Of a DNA stretch of 64,000 bases, positions 10,057 to 19,424 are shown piece after piece. Source of the stretch: a virus (Duplodnaviria; Caudoviricetes). Both the position numbers and the translations under genes were made by a program. The notes under the pieces were generated by a model, which worked only from the letters and a program-made list of their open reading frames with translations, was not told the origin of the DNA and did no database searches. Within the stretch, counting starts at the first letter, position 1. Every line of letters starts with the position of its first letter. The stretch is taken from positions 32,001 through 96,000 of the IMG/VR virus record IMGVR_UViG_2907128583_000005; one strand, written 5' to 3'.

Positions 10057-10070
10057 GGAACATTTGTTCT
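10057..10070. promoter_or_regulatory. Firmicute LexA (SOS) box upstream of the integrase
   Basis: GAAC-ATTT-GTTC matches GAAC-N4-GTTC just before the RBS. Confidence 0.65.
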
Positions 10071-10085
10071 ATTGGAGGAATAATC

Positions 10086-11273
10086 ATGGCAAACTTTAAA
10101 AGATTAAAGAGTGGTTGGCGGTATCGGTTAAAGTACACCGATCCGTTTACACAGCAACAAAAGGAGAAGTCAGAACGGGGATTCCGTACAAAACCGGAAG
10201 CAGAGTTAGCTGCAGCAGAATTTTTAAAGAGAATAAAACAAGGTTACGAACAGATTGACATGCCTCTCGTCGATTATATAGAAAGTTGGATCATCAACTA
10301 TAAAAAAGGAGATGTTAGAAAAAACACACTTAAACAACATATGAACAATCTAAAAACACACATTAAGCCTTATTTTAAACAATTAATGATAAAAGATTTA
10401 AAACCAGATATGTACCAAAAATTTTTAGATGCTTGTTTAGAAAAAGGCTTAAGCCGAAGAACAGTCGAAATAATTAACTCAACAGTTTACAGTGCTTTAG
10501 AACTCGCAGTAATTCAAGGAAAGTTAGAACGTAATCCTTGCATAGGATCAATTATTAAGGGAGAGAGGAAACAAAAAACTATTGATTTCATTGATTCTGA
10601 GGATATTCCTCGTTTTCTTTATACAGCAAGAGGATATGGTTATATATACTGGATATTTTTCAAGGTGCTGTTGGAGACTGGCATGCGTAAAGGTGAAGCC
10701 GCTGCTTTAAAGTGGTCTGATATTAATTTTAAGGAGAAAAAAATTCACATTAATGAAACTTTGGATTTCCAACCTGATAACGAGGACGAGCTATTCGGGG
10801 AAACAAAAACCTTCAAATCAAAACGAACAATCAGTGTAAGTACATCTCTAATCAACGATCTAAAGTATCATGCTAGTTGGCAGAACCAGAATAAAATTAA
10901 TCTCGGAGAAACAATGTACCGACATGATTTAAATCTCGTTCTATGTAGAAATGACGGACGTCCTATGCCGAAGTCAACACTATTTAACGCATTTAAGCGT
11001 ATCTTGAAGCGCGCTAGTCTCGATGGAGTTTTGCGTATCCATTCTCTTCGTCACACTTACGCAGTGCTCATGCTTGAAGCTGGAGCCGATATAAAGTTTG
11101 TCCAGGAGCAGCTTGGTCATGGTAGTGTGCAGATTACATCTGATGTATACGCACACATTTCTAAAAAGTTAGAGAAACGTAACATAGACAGATATGAGGA
11201 ATACACAAGCAAAATTCTCGGCTCAAACAATTTTAAGTCGGGGGACGTTTGGGGGACACCCCAGAAGAATTAA
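10086..11273 (+). CDS. int: Tyrosine integrase
   Basis: Arm-binding N-terminus; TGMRKGE, HSLRHT, LGH, YAH catalytic motifs. Confidence 0.95.
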   Translation: MANFKRLKSGWRYRLKYTDPFTQQQKEKSERGFRTKPEAELAAAEFLKRIKQGYEQIDMPLVDYIESWIINYKKGDVRKNTLKQHMNNLKTHIKPYFKQLMIKDLKPDMYQKFLDACLEKGLSRRTVEIINSTVYSALELAVIQGKLERNPCIGSIIKGERKQKTIDFIDSEDIPRFLYTARGYGYIYWIFFKVLLETGMRKGEAAALKWSDINFKEKKIHINETLDFQPDNEDELFGETKTFKSKRTISVSTSLINDLKYHASWQNQNKINLGETMYRHDLNLVLCRNDGRPMPKSTLFNAFKRILKRASLDGVLRIHSLRHTYAVLMLEAGADIKFVQEQLGHGSVQITSDVYAHISKKLEKRNIDRYEEYTSKILGSNNFKSGDVWGTPQKN

Positions 11274-11296
11274 TAAACTCCTCTGAAACGTCCCCC
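11240..11296. repeat. Probable integrase arm-type sites near att
   Basis: GGGGGACGTTT (11240-50) and inverted AAACGTCCCCC (11286-96); extra GGGGGAC at 11251. Confidence 0.55.
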
Positions 11297-11340
11297 ATTA
11301 CAACTCCCAAAAAAACCGCATACTCACAGGTTTTTATCTA

Positions 11341-12669
11341 TTAATAAAGCGTCAGATATTGATCACGTTCCCATTGATGTACTTGGGTTCTGTACATATC
11401 CCATTCAATTTCCTTGAGCTCATAGAAGTAAGCCAGAGCATGATCACCCAGTGCATCAGAGATAACCTCGCTCCGAATAAGCTCAGACAAAGCTTCTTTC
11501 AGGTCTGCAGGCAGACTTGGAATGCCTTCTTCAATTCGCTCTTCCTCGGACATCACGTAGATGTTGCGATCAATTGGGGCTGGCAGAGCCATCTGACGTT
11601 TAATACCATCCAAACCTGCTCTCAGCATTACGGCCAGGGCTAGATAAGGATTCGCTGCCGGGTCAGGGTTCCGAACTTCGACGCGAGTGCTCAGGCCACG
11701 AGATGCGGGGATCCGAATCATCGGACTCCGATTGCTTGCAGACCAAGCGACATAACAAGGCGCTTCATAACCTGGTACGAGGCGTTTGTAGGAATTTACT
11801 GTTGGATTCGTGATCGCTGCCATTGCACGTGCATGTTTAAGAATGCCTGCCATATAGTGGCGAGCTGTCTGGCTTAATCCGAGTTCATCCGTCTCATCAT
11901 AAAATACGTTTTCATTGTCCTTAAACAACGATTGGTTGCAGTGCATACCGGAGCCATTCACGCCGAATAAAGGTTTTGGCATAAAGGTAGCATGCAAACC
12001 ATGCTGACGAGCAATCGTCTTAACAACGAGCTTGAACGTTTGAATCTGATCGGCAGCTTTTACTGCATCTGCATATTTAAAGTCAATCTCATGCTGACCA
12101 GGTGCAACCTCATGGTGGGATGCTTCAATTTCGAAGCCCATTTCTTCAAGCTTAAGAACAATTTCACGACGGCAGTTCTCACCCAGATCCATTGGAGCCA
12201 GGTCAAAATATCCACCTTGGTCATTCAGTTCTGTGGTTGGATCGCCTTTTTCATCGGTTTTGAACAAGAAGAATTCAGGTTCTGGTCCGACATTCATCGA
12301 AGTGTAGCCCAGTTCTTCAGCTTCTTTAAGTACACGTTTCAAGATTCCCCGCGGGTCACCTGCAAATGGAGAGCCGTCTGGCTTGTAAATATCGCAGATC
12401 AAACGAGCTACACGATCCGAAGTTACCCAAGGGAAAACAACCCAGGTATCCAAATCCGGATATAAGTACATGTCAGATTCTTCGATGCGTACGTAGCCTT
12501 CTATCGAAGAACCGTCAAACATCATTTTGTTATCCAACGCTTTTTCCAGCTGGCTAACAGGGATTTCAACGTTCTTAATGGTACCCAGCAAATCTGTGAA
12601 CTGCAAACGAATAAAACGAACATTTTCTTCTTCCGCAATCCTAATGATATCTTCTCTGGTATAACTCAC
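11341..12669 (-). CDS. glnA: Glutamine synthetase type I
   Basis: [37 protein letters not shown]. Confidence 0.98.
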   Translation of the reverse strand: MSYTREDIIRIAEEENVRFIRLQFTDLLGTIKNVEIPVSQLEKALDNKMMFDGSSIEGYVRIEESDMYLYPDLDTWVVFPWVTSDRVARLICDIYKPDGSPFAGDPRGILKRVLKEAEELGYTSMNVGPEPEFFLFKTDEKGDPTTELNDQGGYFDLAPMDLGENCRREIVLKLEEMGFEIEASHHEVAPGQHEIDFKYADAVKAADQIQTFKLVVKTIARQHGLHATFMPKPLFGVNGSGMHCNQSLFKDNENVFYDETDELGLSQTARHYMAGILKHARAMAAITNPTVNSYKRLVPGYEAPCYVAWSASNRSPMIRIPASRGLSTRVEVRNPDPAANPYLALAVMLRAGLDGIKRQMALPAPIDRNIYVMSEEERIEEGIPSLPADLKEALSELIRSEVISDALGDHALAYFYELKEIEWDMYRTQVHQWERDQYLTLY

Positions 12670-12794
12670 ACTAACCTCTCCCTTTCTGTAACGACTATAT
12701 GCAAATCGGCTGTATCATAAATGACATAAATGACTTAAATGATGAGACCGTTTTTTAAGTAAAACAACCTTATGCCAAAAGGTAAGCCACAGCA

Positions 12795-13208
12795 TTATCT
12801 TTTGTTGAAAAATCGTGATAATTCGCCTTGGATCAAAGATACCTGTCCTGGTCTTTTGCCTGCAACAAGTTGTTGTTTCAACAAACGATGAAGCTGAGTA
12901 TCGGACATTTCACGGCGTTTGACTTCCGTATCTGCAGTAATAACTGTAGCTTCCTCTGATTCCTTGGTAACCGGATTCATGACTTGTTTAATTCCTGCAA
13001 TGTTAACACCCTTCTCGATCAACGCCTTAATTTCAAGCAGACGCTCTACGTCATTAAATGAAAAAAGACGTTGGTTACCTGATGTACGGGCAGGAACTAT
13101 CAAATTATGCTGCTCATAATAACGAATCTGACGTGCTGACAAGTCCGTTAGCTTCATGACAATACCTATTGGAAATAAGGCCATATTTCTGCGAATTTCG
13201 TCGCCCAT
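12795..13208 (-). CDS. glnR: MerR-family nitrogen regulator
   Basis: FPIGIVMKLTDLSARQIRYYE; upstream of glnA. Confidence 0.95.
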   Translation of the reverse strand: MGDEIRRNMALFPIGIVMKLTDLSARQIRYYEQHNLIVPARTSGNQRLFSFNDVERLLEIKALIEKGVNIAGIKQVMNPVTKESEEATVITADTEVKRREMSDTQLHRLLKQQLVAGKRPGQVSLIQGELSRFFNKR

Positions 13209-13244
13209 TTGTCATCAACCTTCCAGTGATCTATTATTCACCTT

Positions 13245-13296
13245 ATTGTACATTTAGCTGATGCAAAGTGTCAATGATATGTTAGAAAAACTCACA
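13245..13296 (-). promoter_or_regulatory. glnRA sigma-A promoter with GlnR/TnrA box
   Basis: TGTTA-N7-TCACA at 13280-96; -35 TTGACA (13269-74), -10 TACAAT (13245-50). Confidence 0.85.
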
Positions 13297-14545
13297 ATAA
13301 TTTACGTTCTTTCATCGTTTGCAGAGCCATAAGTACTCCATATTTGACATGAGAGTAGGTTAAGCCGCCTTGCATGTAACCAATATAAGGCTCCCGAATC
13401 GGAGCATCTGCGGATAATTCCAAACTTCCACCTTGTATAAACGTACCTGCGGCCATAATAACCGGATGCTCATAACCCGGCATATCCCACGGCTCTGGCA
13501 CCACATGGCTATCCACGGCGGCTGCGCGCTGAATGCCCTGTACAAAAGCAATTAGATGTTCTGGTCCGCTAAAAGAAATGGCCTGAATCAGATCCGTACG
13601 CTCTTCATGCCAAGCAGGTTTGGTCTCAAACCCCATTTCTTCAAAGACTGCAGCAGCGAATATGCTTCCTTTAACTGCTTGCCCCACCAATGTAGGAGCA
13701 AGGAATAGCCCCTGGTATATGCCCCGTGTAGTGCCTAGCATGGCTCCTACTTCTCCACCAATACCAGGTGCTGTTAATCGGTAGGATGCCAGCTCTACAT
13801 ATTGATGTTTACCGCAGATATATCCACCCGTTTCTGCAATACCTCCACCAGGATTTTTAATCAACGAACCTGCCATCAAATCGACACCGACCTGGGTAGG
13901 TTCCAGCTTCTCAGTAAATTCCCCGTAGCAATTGTCCACAAAGACAATAACATCAGGCTTTATCTTCTTCACTCGTGCCGTCATTTCTTCAATATCTGCC
14001 ACACTAAAGGAAGCTCTCCAATCATAGCCGCGTGAGCGCTGGATACCGATCACTTTGGTGTTCGCATGGATTGCGGACTCCACCGCTTTCCAGTCCACCT
14101 TACCTTCTGCTGTCAGCGCTGTCTCTCCATAAGTAACACCAAAGTCCTGCAATGATCCTGTTCCATCGCCAGGCTTACCAATCACTTTGTGTAAGGTATC
14201 ATAAGGTCGCCCTGTAATGTATAACAACTCATCCCCTGGACGCAGCACACCAAATAAAGCCGTAGCGATGGTATGCGTTCCCGAGGCAAAATGCGGACGC
14301 ACCAACGCTGCCTCCGCACCGAACACATCTGCATAGACCTCTTCCAGCACTTCACGCCCCCGGTCATTGTAAGCATATCCCGTTGAACCTGCAAAATGAA
14401 AATCGCTCACTTGCTTGCGCTGGAAGGCCTGAATGACCTTCCACTGATTTGCATCCACAATATGATCTATGTGCTGTATACGTTCTTGTATTTTATGTTC
14501 TACTGTTTCCTGAATTTGCTGGATTTCCGGACTAAAAACTACCAT
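13292..14545 (-). CDS. ynbB: PLP-dependent methionine gamma-lyase family / aluminium resistance protein
   Basis: STGYAYND, FVDNCYGEF, GSLIKNPGGG; conserved hflX-ynbB-glnRA order. Confidence 0.9.
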   Translation of the reverse strand: MVVFSPEIQQIQETVEHKIQERIQHIDHIVDANQWKVIQAFQRKQVSDFHFAGSTGYAYNDRGREVLEEVYADVFGAEAALVRPHFASGTHTIATALFGVLRPGDELLYITGRPYDTLHKVIGKPGDGTGSLQDFGVTYGETALTAEGKVDWKAVESAIHANTKVIGIQRSRGYDWRASFSVADIEEMTARVKKIKPDVIVFVDNCYGEFTEKLEPTQVGVDLMAGSLIKNPGGGIAETGGYICGKHQYVELASYRLTAPGIGGEVGAMLGTTRGIYQGLFLAPTLVGQAVKGSIFAAAVFEEMGFETKPAWHEERTDLIQAISFSGPEHLIAFVQGIQRAAAVDSHVVPEPWDMPGYEHPVIMAAGTFIQGGSLELSADAPIREPYIGYMQGGLTYSHVKYGVLMALQTMKERKLL

Positions 14546-14656
14546 TTACCTTCTTGACCCTCTCTCTTCCGCAGCCTTAGGCTAATCATGTTATATTGTT
14601 ATTCAATTCGAACGATGAGCATTATCATCTTATGGACCTAAAAACATCATTAGATG

Positions 14657-15943
14657 TTAACTTTCTGTGAACTCACTAAGTGCATGACCATACTTTTCGT
14701 ATTCTCCTCTTTGAATTTCTACCTCATAAATGACATCATTGCCATCATACTCTGTCAGCAGTACATCTCCAATTCGATAAAGCACCGATGTTAAATCCCC
14801 ACGTTCCGCAGGAATACGAAATCTCAGTGTGTCACCGCTCAGATGCTCCTGAACCAGTTCGCGAATGCGTAGCAAATCTGCTTCATCAAAAGCACTGATT
14901 TTCAAATAGCCTTCCCCAGAAGGGAGCATTTCCAATTGCTCAGGGGTGCAAGCATCTTTTTTGTTAAACAATACGATCTGAGGCTTGTCCGCAGCCCCAA
15001 GCTGTTGCAGGATTGACTCTACAACTTTCATTTGTTCGTCACGCATGTCTGAGGAGGCGTCCACGACATGTAAAATGAGATGAGCCTCATTGGCCTCCTC
15101 CAAAGTGGCCCGGAAAGAGGCAACCAAATCATGAGGCAGATTTTGAATAAATCCTACTGTATCTGTGAGAATAACTTCTTTGCCACTCGGCAGTTCCATT
15201 GTTCTAGAGGTAGGATCAAGCGTCGCAAATAGTTGGTTCTCAATATATACATCGGCAGCTGTCAGTTGCTTCAACAGTGTTGATTTGCCGGCATTTGTAT
15301 AGCCAACGAGTGCCACCTGGACGATGCCGGCCTTTTGTCTACGCTCCCTGTGTAAATACCGATGACGCGTCACTTCCTCAAGTTGGCGTTTCAGATCACT
15401 GATTCGGTCACGAATGTGACGACGGTCCGTCTCTAGCTTGCTTTCACCAGGACCACGTGTCCCGATTCCGCCACCGAGCCGCGAAAGATTTTTACCGTGT
15501 CCAGACAGTCGAGGGAGTAAGTATGACAACTGCGCCAGTTCAACCTGGATAATACCTTCCCGTGTCTTTGCACGCTGAGCAAAAATGTCCAGAATTAACT
15601 GTGTCCGGTCAATTATTTTGAGATCCAGGCTCTCTTCAAGATTTCGTACTTGAGCTCCCGATAGCTCCTGATCAAAAATAGCTGTATTCGCTCCCAATTC
15701 TTCAGCAACTGCACGCAATTCATCTACTTTTCCTTTGCCAATAAACCATTTTGAGTCCTTGGATTCCCTATTCTGTGTGAGAACGCTCAGCACTTCAACT
15801 CCCGCTGTTTCAGCCAGCTTCACCAGTTCTTCCAACGAATATTCCGTATTGATGCCAGATCGTTTGACTTCATCCGTAATTAGACTGACCAGTACCGCCT
15901 TATCCTGCATTTCGGTTTGTGTATCATGAGTGGAGTTCGCCAT
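14657..15943 (-). CDS. hflX: Ribosome-splitting GTPase
   Basis: GGGIGTRGPGE, GYTNAGKST, FATLDPT, DTVGFI, NKKD. Confidence 0.97.
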   Translation of the reverse strand: MANSTHDTQTEMQDKAVLVSLITDEVKRSGINTEYSLEELVKLAETAGVEVLSVLTQNRESKDSKWFIGKGKVDELRAVAEELGANTAIFDQELSGAQVRNLEESLDLKIIDRTQLILDIFAQRAKTREGIIQVELAQLSYLLPRLSGHGKNLSRLGGGIGTRGPGESKLETDRRHIRDRISDLKRQLEEVTRHRYLHRERRQKAGIVQVALVGYTNAGKSTLLKQLTAADVYIENQLFATLDPTSRTMELPSGKEVILTDTVGFIQNLPHDLVASFRATLEEANEAHLILHVVDASSDMRDEQMKVVESILQQLGAADKPQIVLFNKKDACTPEQLEMLPSGEGYLKISAFDEADLLRIRELVQEHLSGDTLRFRIPAERGDLTSVLYRIGDVLLTEYDGNDVIYEVEIQRGEYEKYGHALSEFTES

Positions 15944-16055
15944 ATTGTTTGCTCCTTTATTTTCATGTCAACTCTCGAACAGAAACCGACCTGATGTCAG
16001 GCCGGCCCTCGTTCGATGTCATACAATTCGATATGATTCAGATTCCTATTATCGC

Positions 16056-16463
16056 CTATCTTTTGTCCATTTTCAAATCCTCTGGTCGCAACGTCATCAA
16101 TTCCTGCTTGCCGGGTTGCCCACTCCTGTACTGATTAAGCAGCCTGACGGCTTGGTGCCGAATCGCTTTTTCGATCACATTACGAACATAACGTGCATTA
16201 CTAAATGCATGGAGACTGTCATTCCGCTCATTTAGCAAATGCTCCTTCATTTTGAGTATAGACTGAGGCATGAGAATATAATCCCGTTCCTTAGCCATCA
16301 TCTCCGAAATTTGAATGAGTTGATCCACAGTGTAGTCAGGAAAATCCAGTTGGATTGGAAAACGAGAAGGAAGACCAGGATTGGTCCGTAAAAAAAAGTC
16401 CATTTCTCCCGAATACCCTGCGAGGATCAAAATAAATTGATTTTTTTGGTCTTCCATGGCCTT
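16056..16463 (-). pseudogene. spoVK: 3' half of host spoVK (AAA+ ATPase), split by prophage 2
   Basis: (KA)MEDQKNQFILILAGY..NPGLPSRFP..FSNARYVRN; no Walker A/B part; position upstream of hflX. Confidence 0.9.
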
Positions 16464-18120
16464 GGCAATTGTTGGTACTTATGTGTTGATTGTCAGATTC
16501 TTTCTCGTGGTTATCAATAAATCCTAGGTGTAAATAAATATTTATTTTATTGTCTTCATTGAGTATAACTTTTTTTATAAATAATCGCGTCACTTTTCTC
16601 TTGGTCTCTGTATCTATATGATCGTTATCGATAAGATATTTAAATGATCTCAATGATTTTTGCACTAATTCAATGTGATTTTTCTTATTAAGTACAGTCG
16701 ATAAGCTTTGGTCTATTGTATGCAATTCCTCTTTTATATCTTTTATCTGTTCATCTACGGCTGACACTTTATCTTCTAAATCCTTCATTGATTTGATTAT
16801 TCCAGCCGCATACATCTCTGTATAACGTTCGCGAGACGCTTCTTTTTCCTGTAGGGACTTTTCCAATTTCTTTTTTTGTTTAAGCAATTCATCAGAGTTT
16901 GAGTTTTCTGATTGTTGTTTAATTATACGTTCAAAAAATTCTGTTGGTTCAGATATAATATTTTTAACGTACTCCCAAACAATTTTATCTACGTAATCAA
17001 CTCTCCAATTACGTCCTTTGCAAATTGGATTGGATTCACCAGTCCCCACTTCATAAGACTTCTTTGTTTTGTGTTGACAAACGTAATACTTCAGCAACCT
17101 ATTCTTAGTTTTCGTAGTCACACCCGACGATACTGCTGCCCCACATCTACCACAACGACAAATTCCCTGTAATAAATAATCTTCTGTGGGTCTTCCGGGT
17201 TTGTTCTTATTTAGTTCATCAAGTCTCTTCTGAATTCTATAGTATGTCTCCATATCAATGTAAACAGGTACAGATATTCTTCTCCATTCTTCTCTTGGTT
17301 GTGGAACTTGTTTCTTTGTTCCATCAGCATTATGGATTACTTTGGTTTTGCCAAAATAATAATTGCCTGTATAGGTTTCATTTTTAAATATTCTACTTAT
17401 CGTAACTTGATACCATCTGTCTTTTTTAGGAGCTGGCACGTTACGTAAAGATAATTCTTCGGCAATCCTAGAACAGCTATAATCTTTATGTAAAAGCATA
17501 TCAACCATCTTCAAATAAATTTCTTTTTCTACGGGATTCTCAACTAGTGTGTCCAATTCAGTATCATAGGTATACCCATAAATTCTGTTTAAACCCGGTA
17601 TTTGACCATTTTTAACCTTTGTAATTCTGCCACGCTTAGTATCTGCTAGTATCTTTGCTTTGTTGTATTCGGCAATAGAACCTTGGATGTTGAAGTTCAA
17701 CATTGATTCTGGACTCGATTTGTCAAAATCAAACTCAACAAACCAGAAATCTTTGCCAAGACCCCATATGCGATTAGACAGTTGTGTTTGTAAATGAAGA
17801 AAACGACTCATCCTGTTGGGATGTAGAAAAATAACATGATCACCAATCCCATACTCCAACAAGAATAAAACATAGTTAATCATAGGGCGATTAGGATTGT
17901 CGCCTGATTCCCCATCTTCTACTAGAACCACTACTTCATCTTCGTTAATACCTTTTTGCTTAGCTAAGTCCATACATCTTTCAACCTGTGACTCGATTGA
18001 ATAATTTTCAACTTGTCCGTCAGTAGATACACGAGCGTAAATAAGAGCCTTGATCTTAGCGACCAAGGCTTCAAGCTCAGTTTTGGTGAATTTTTCTGAA
18101 CCTGTCAAAGTTCTGAGCAT
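16336..18120 (-). CDS. Large serine recombinase (prophage integrase)
   Basis: YARVST catalytic motif, recombinase domain, CGRCG zinc ribbon, coiled coil. Confidence 0.95.
   Translation of the reverse strand: MLRTLTGSEKFTKTELEALVAKIKALIYARVSTDGQVENYSIESQVERCMDLAKQKGINEDEVVVLVEDGESGDNPNRPMINYVLFLLEYGIGDHVIFLHPNRMSRFLHLQTQLSNRIWGLGKDFWFVEFDFDKSSPESMLNFNIQGSIAEYNKAKILADTKRGRITKVKNGQIPGLNRIYGYTYDTELDTLVENPVEKEIYLKMVDMLLHKDYSCSRIAEELSLRNVPAPKKDRWYQVTISRIFKNETYTGNYYFGKTKVIHNADGTKKQVPQPREEWRRISVPVYIDMETYYRIQKRLDELNKNKPGRPTEDYLLQGICRCGRCGAAVSSGVTTKTKNRLLKYYVCQHKTKKSYEVGTGESNPICKGRNWRVDYVDKIVWEYVKNIISEPTEFFERIIKQQSENSNSDELLKQKKKLEKSLQEKEASRERYTEMYAAGIIKSMKDLEDKVSAVDEQIKDIKEELHTIDQSLSTVLNKKNHIELVQKSLRSFKYLIDNDHIDTETKRKVTRLFIKKVILNEDNKINIYLHLGFIDNHEKESDNQHISTNNCQGHGRPKKSIYFDPRRVFGRNGLFFTDQSWSSFSFSNPTGFS
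16455..16485. other. att junction of prophage 2 within spoVK
   Basis: spoVK coding similarity stops at ..AAG GCC ATG (about 16463); AT-rich phage sequence begins. Confidence 0.75.
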
Positions 18121-18164
18121 AAAGTTCCTCCCATTTAAATTATTTCATTATTTTTATGTATTTA

Positions 18165-18317
18165 TTATATATCATTTGGTACTAAATGAGAATACTTTTT
18201 CATGATATTTTCCAACCAAATTGTAAATTCATTATTTATTTCTTCAATCGGTTTGGCTTCTTCTTTATCAGCAATATGTATTGCAACCTCAAAACTATTT
18301 ATGTTACTTCTTTTCAA
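18165..18317 (-). CDS. 50-aa ORF directly upstream of the integrase (not in the ORF track)
   Basis: AGGAGG RBS, TTG start, MKRSNINSFEVAIHIADKEE..PNDI. Confidence 0.55.
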   Translation of the reverse strand: MKRSNINSFEVAIHIADKEEAKPIEEINNEFTIWLENIMKKYSHLVPNDI

Positions 18318-18390
18318 TATGTTCCCTCCTTTCAAATTATGTTGAAAGTAGGCTTATAAATAGTTATCTACTCTCTGTAAAATACTACTT

Positions 18391-18912
18391 TTACTCACAC
18401 TTTCTAATTGTTCTTTTTTTCTTGATCTCTAATTTGTTCCATTCGATTAGCTTATTCTTGATTAGATACGTGAGTGCTACCGCAAAAGAGTCCGATTCGT
18501 CTTCATTTTCAAAAATGATGTTAGAATAAACTTTCTTTATGGTATCCTGTACATACTTTTTAGTGGCATCCCCTCGACAAATAGCCTCCTTGACGGTTTT
18601 TGGTGGATAATATATTTGTTCAGTTTGATAAAAAAGCTTGTTAATGATTCCATGGACTCTATATATGACCTGTGTACTTGTATTAAACCTACTGAATCCA
18701 CGTTCAATTGTTACTACTGTTGGAGGATATTGTTTTATAATCTCTAACATTCTATCTTCTATGTATTTAAGTTTTTGTCCATGAGTAGCAGATTTCTTGA
18801 AATGTGAGGTCGAGATACTTGTAACTAAAATAGGTTTCATTGTATCGAGTTCAAAAATAGTTAATCCAGTACATTCCATACTTAAGTCAAATCCATACAA
18901 GTATTTACTCAT
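18391..18912 (-). CDS. RuvC-like Holliday junction resolvase
   Basis: YGFDLSMECTG, VTIERGF, YPPKTVK, DESDSFAVA. Confidence 0.85.
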   Translation of the reverse strand: MSKYLYGFDLSMECTGLTIFELDTMKPILVTSISTSHFKKSATHGQKLKYIEDRMLEIIKQYPPTVVTIERGFSRFNTSTQVIYRVHGIINKLFYQTEQIYYPPKTVKEAICRGDATKKYVQDTIKKVYSNIIFENEDESDSFAVALTYLIKNKLIEWNKLEIKKKRTIRKCE

Positions 18913-19124
18913 AGTAAACTCTCCATCATCTTCAGTCGATCATCCAAATAATTTGTTTCTAGTTTTACTAGTTCCTCATACTTATCTTCCTTTATAAATC
19001 CATATTTATTGTACATCTCAAGTCTTTTTAGTGTATGTATTTTCAATTCTTTAACAAGCTCAATATTATGACCTACTAAATTCAAATTACCATTCCTCTC
19101 CTGCAAGAATTCTTTTTGCTCCAT
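18909..19124 (-). CDS. Phage hypothetical protein
   Basis: Small ORF coupled to neighbours. Confidence 0.5.
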   Translation of the reverse strand: MEQKEFLQERNGNLNLVGHNIELVKELKIHTLKRLEMYNKYGFIKEDKYEELVKLETNYLDDRLKMMESLL

Positions 19125-19314
19125 TCGCTTTCTTTAAGCAGTCATAGTCATCGTGGACACTCAGACTGTCGAACAAGATCAATATTTCCTCTCCAACTAA
19201 AATATCTTCATTACACCCTGCACAAGTTAAAAACTTATTCACCTCCTCATTTTGTGCATCAGGAAATCTAAACTCATGATATGGACTTTCAAATCTGTCG
19301 AGGTTATTTGCCAT
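19087..19314 (-). CDS. Small putative zinc-binding protein
   Basis: CAGC..H...C. Confidence 0.55.
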   Translation of the reverse strand: MANNLDRFESPYHEFRFPDAQNEEVNKFLTCAGCNEDILVGEEILILFDSLSVHDDYDCLKKANGAKRILAGEEW

Positions 19315-19424
19315 TAATTTATTCTTCTAGAAGCTTGTTTAGGACGATTGATACAATCTCTTTGTACTCTTTCTCGCTAAGCTTCCGATTTAATATTTCT
19401 TCAATTTTTTGCTTATTCATTTTA

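Larger units (their letters stand above)
1..11340. mobile_element. Prophage 1 (lambdoid-type temperate phage): replication and lysogeny module, integrated at or near the 3' end of glnA; continues beyond the left edge
   Basis: Tyrosine integrase, divergent XRE pair, excisionase-like gene, O-like initiator, DnaI and DUF1064 nuclease; abrupt switch to host glnA at 11341. Confidence 0.9.

Noticed and set aside
11359-16235. Plus-strand and alternate-frame ORFs over glnA, glnR, ynbB, hflX and spoVK
   Set aside because: Shadows of well-conserved genes with no RBS or motifs; the same applies to most plus-strand ORFs in both prophages.
16470-18186. TTGGTACT shared by the att arm and the region upstream of the integrase
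   Set aside because: An 8-bp match in AT-rich DNA is too weak to claim autoregulation.
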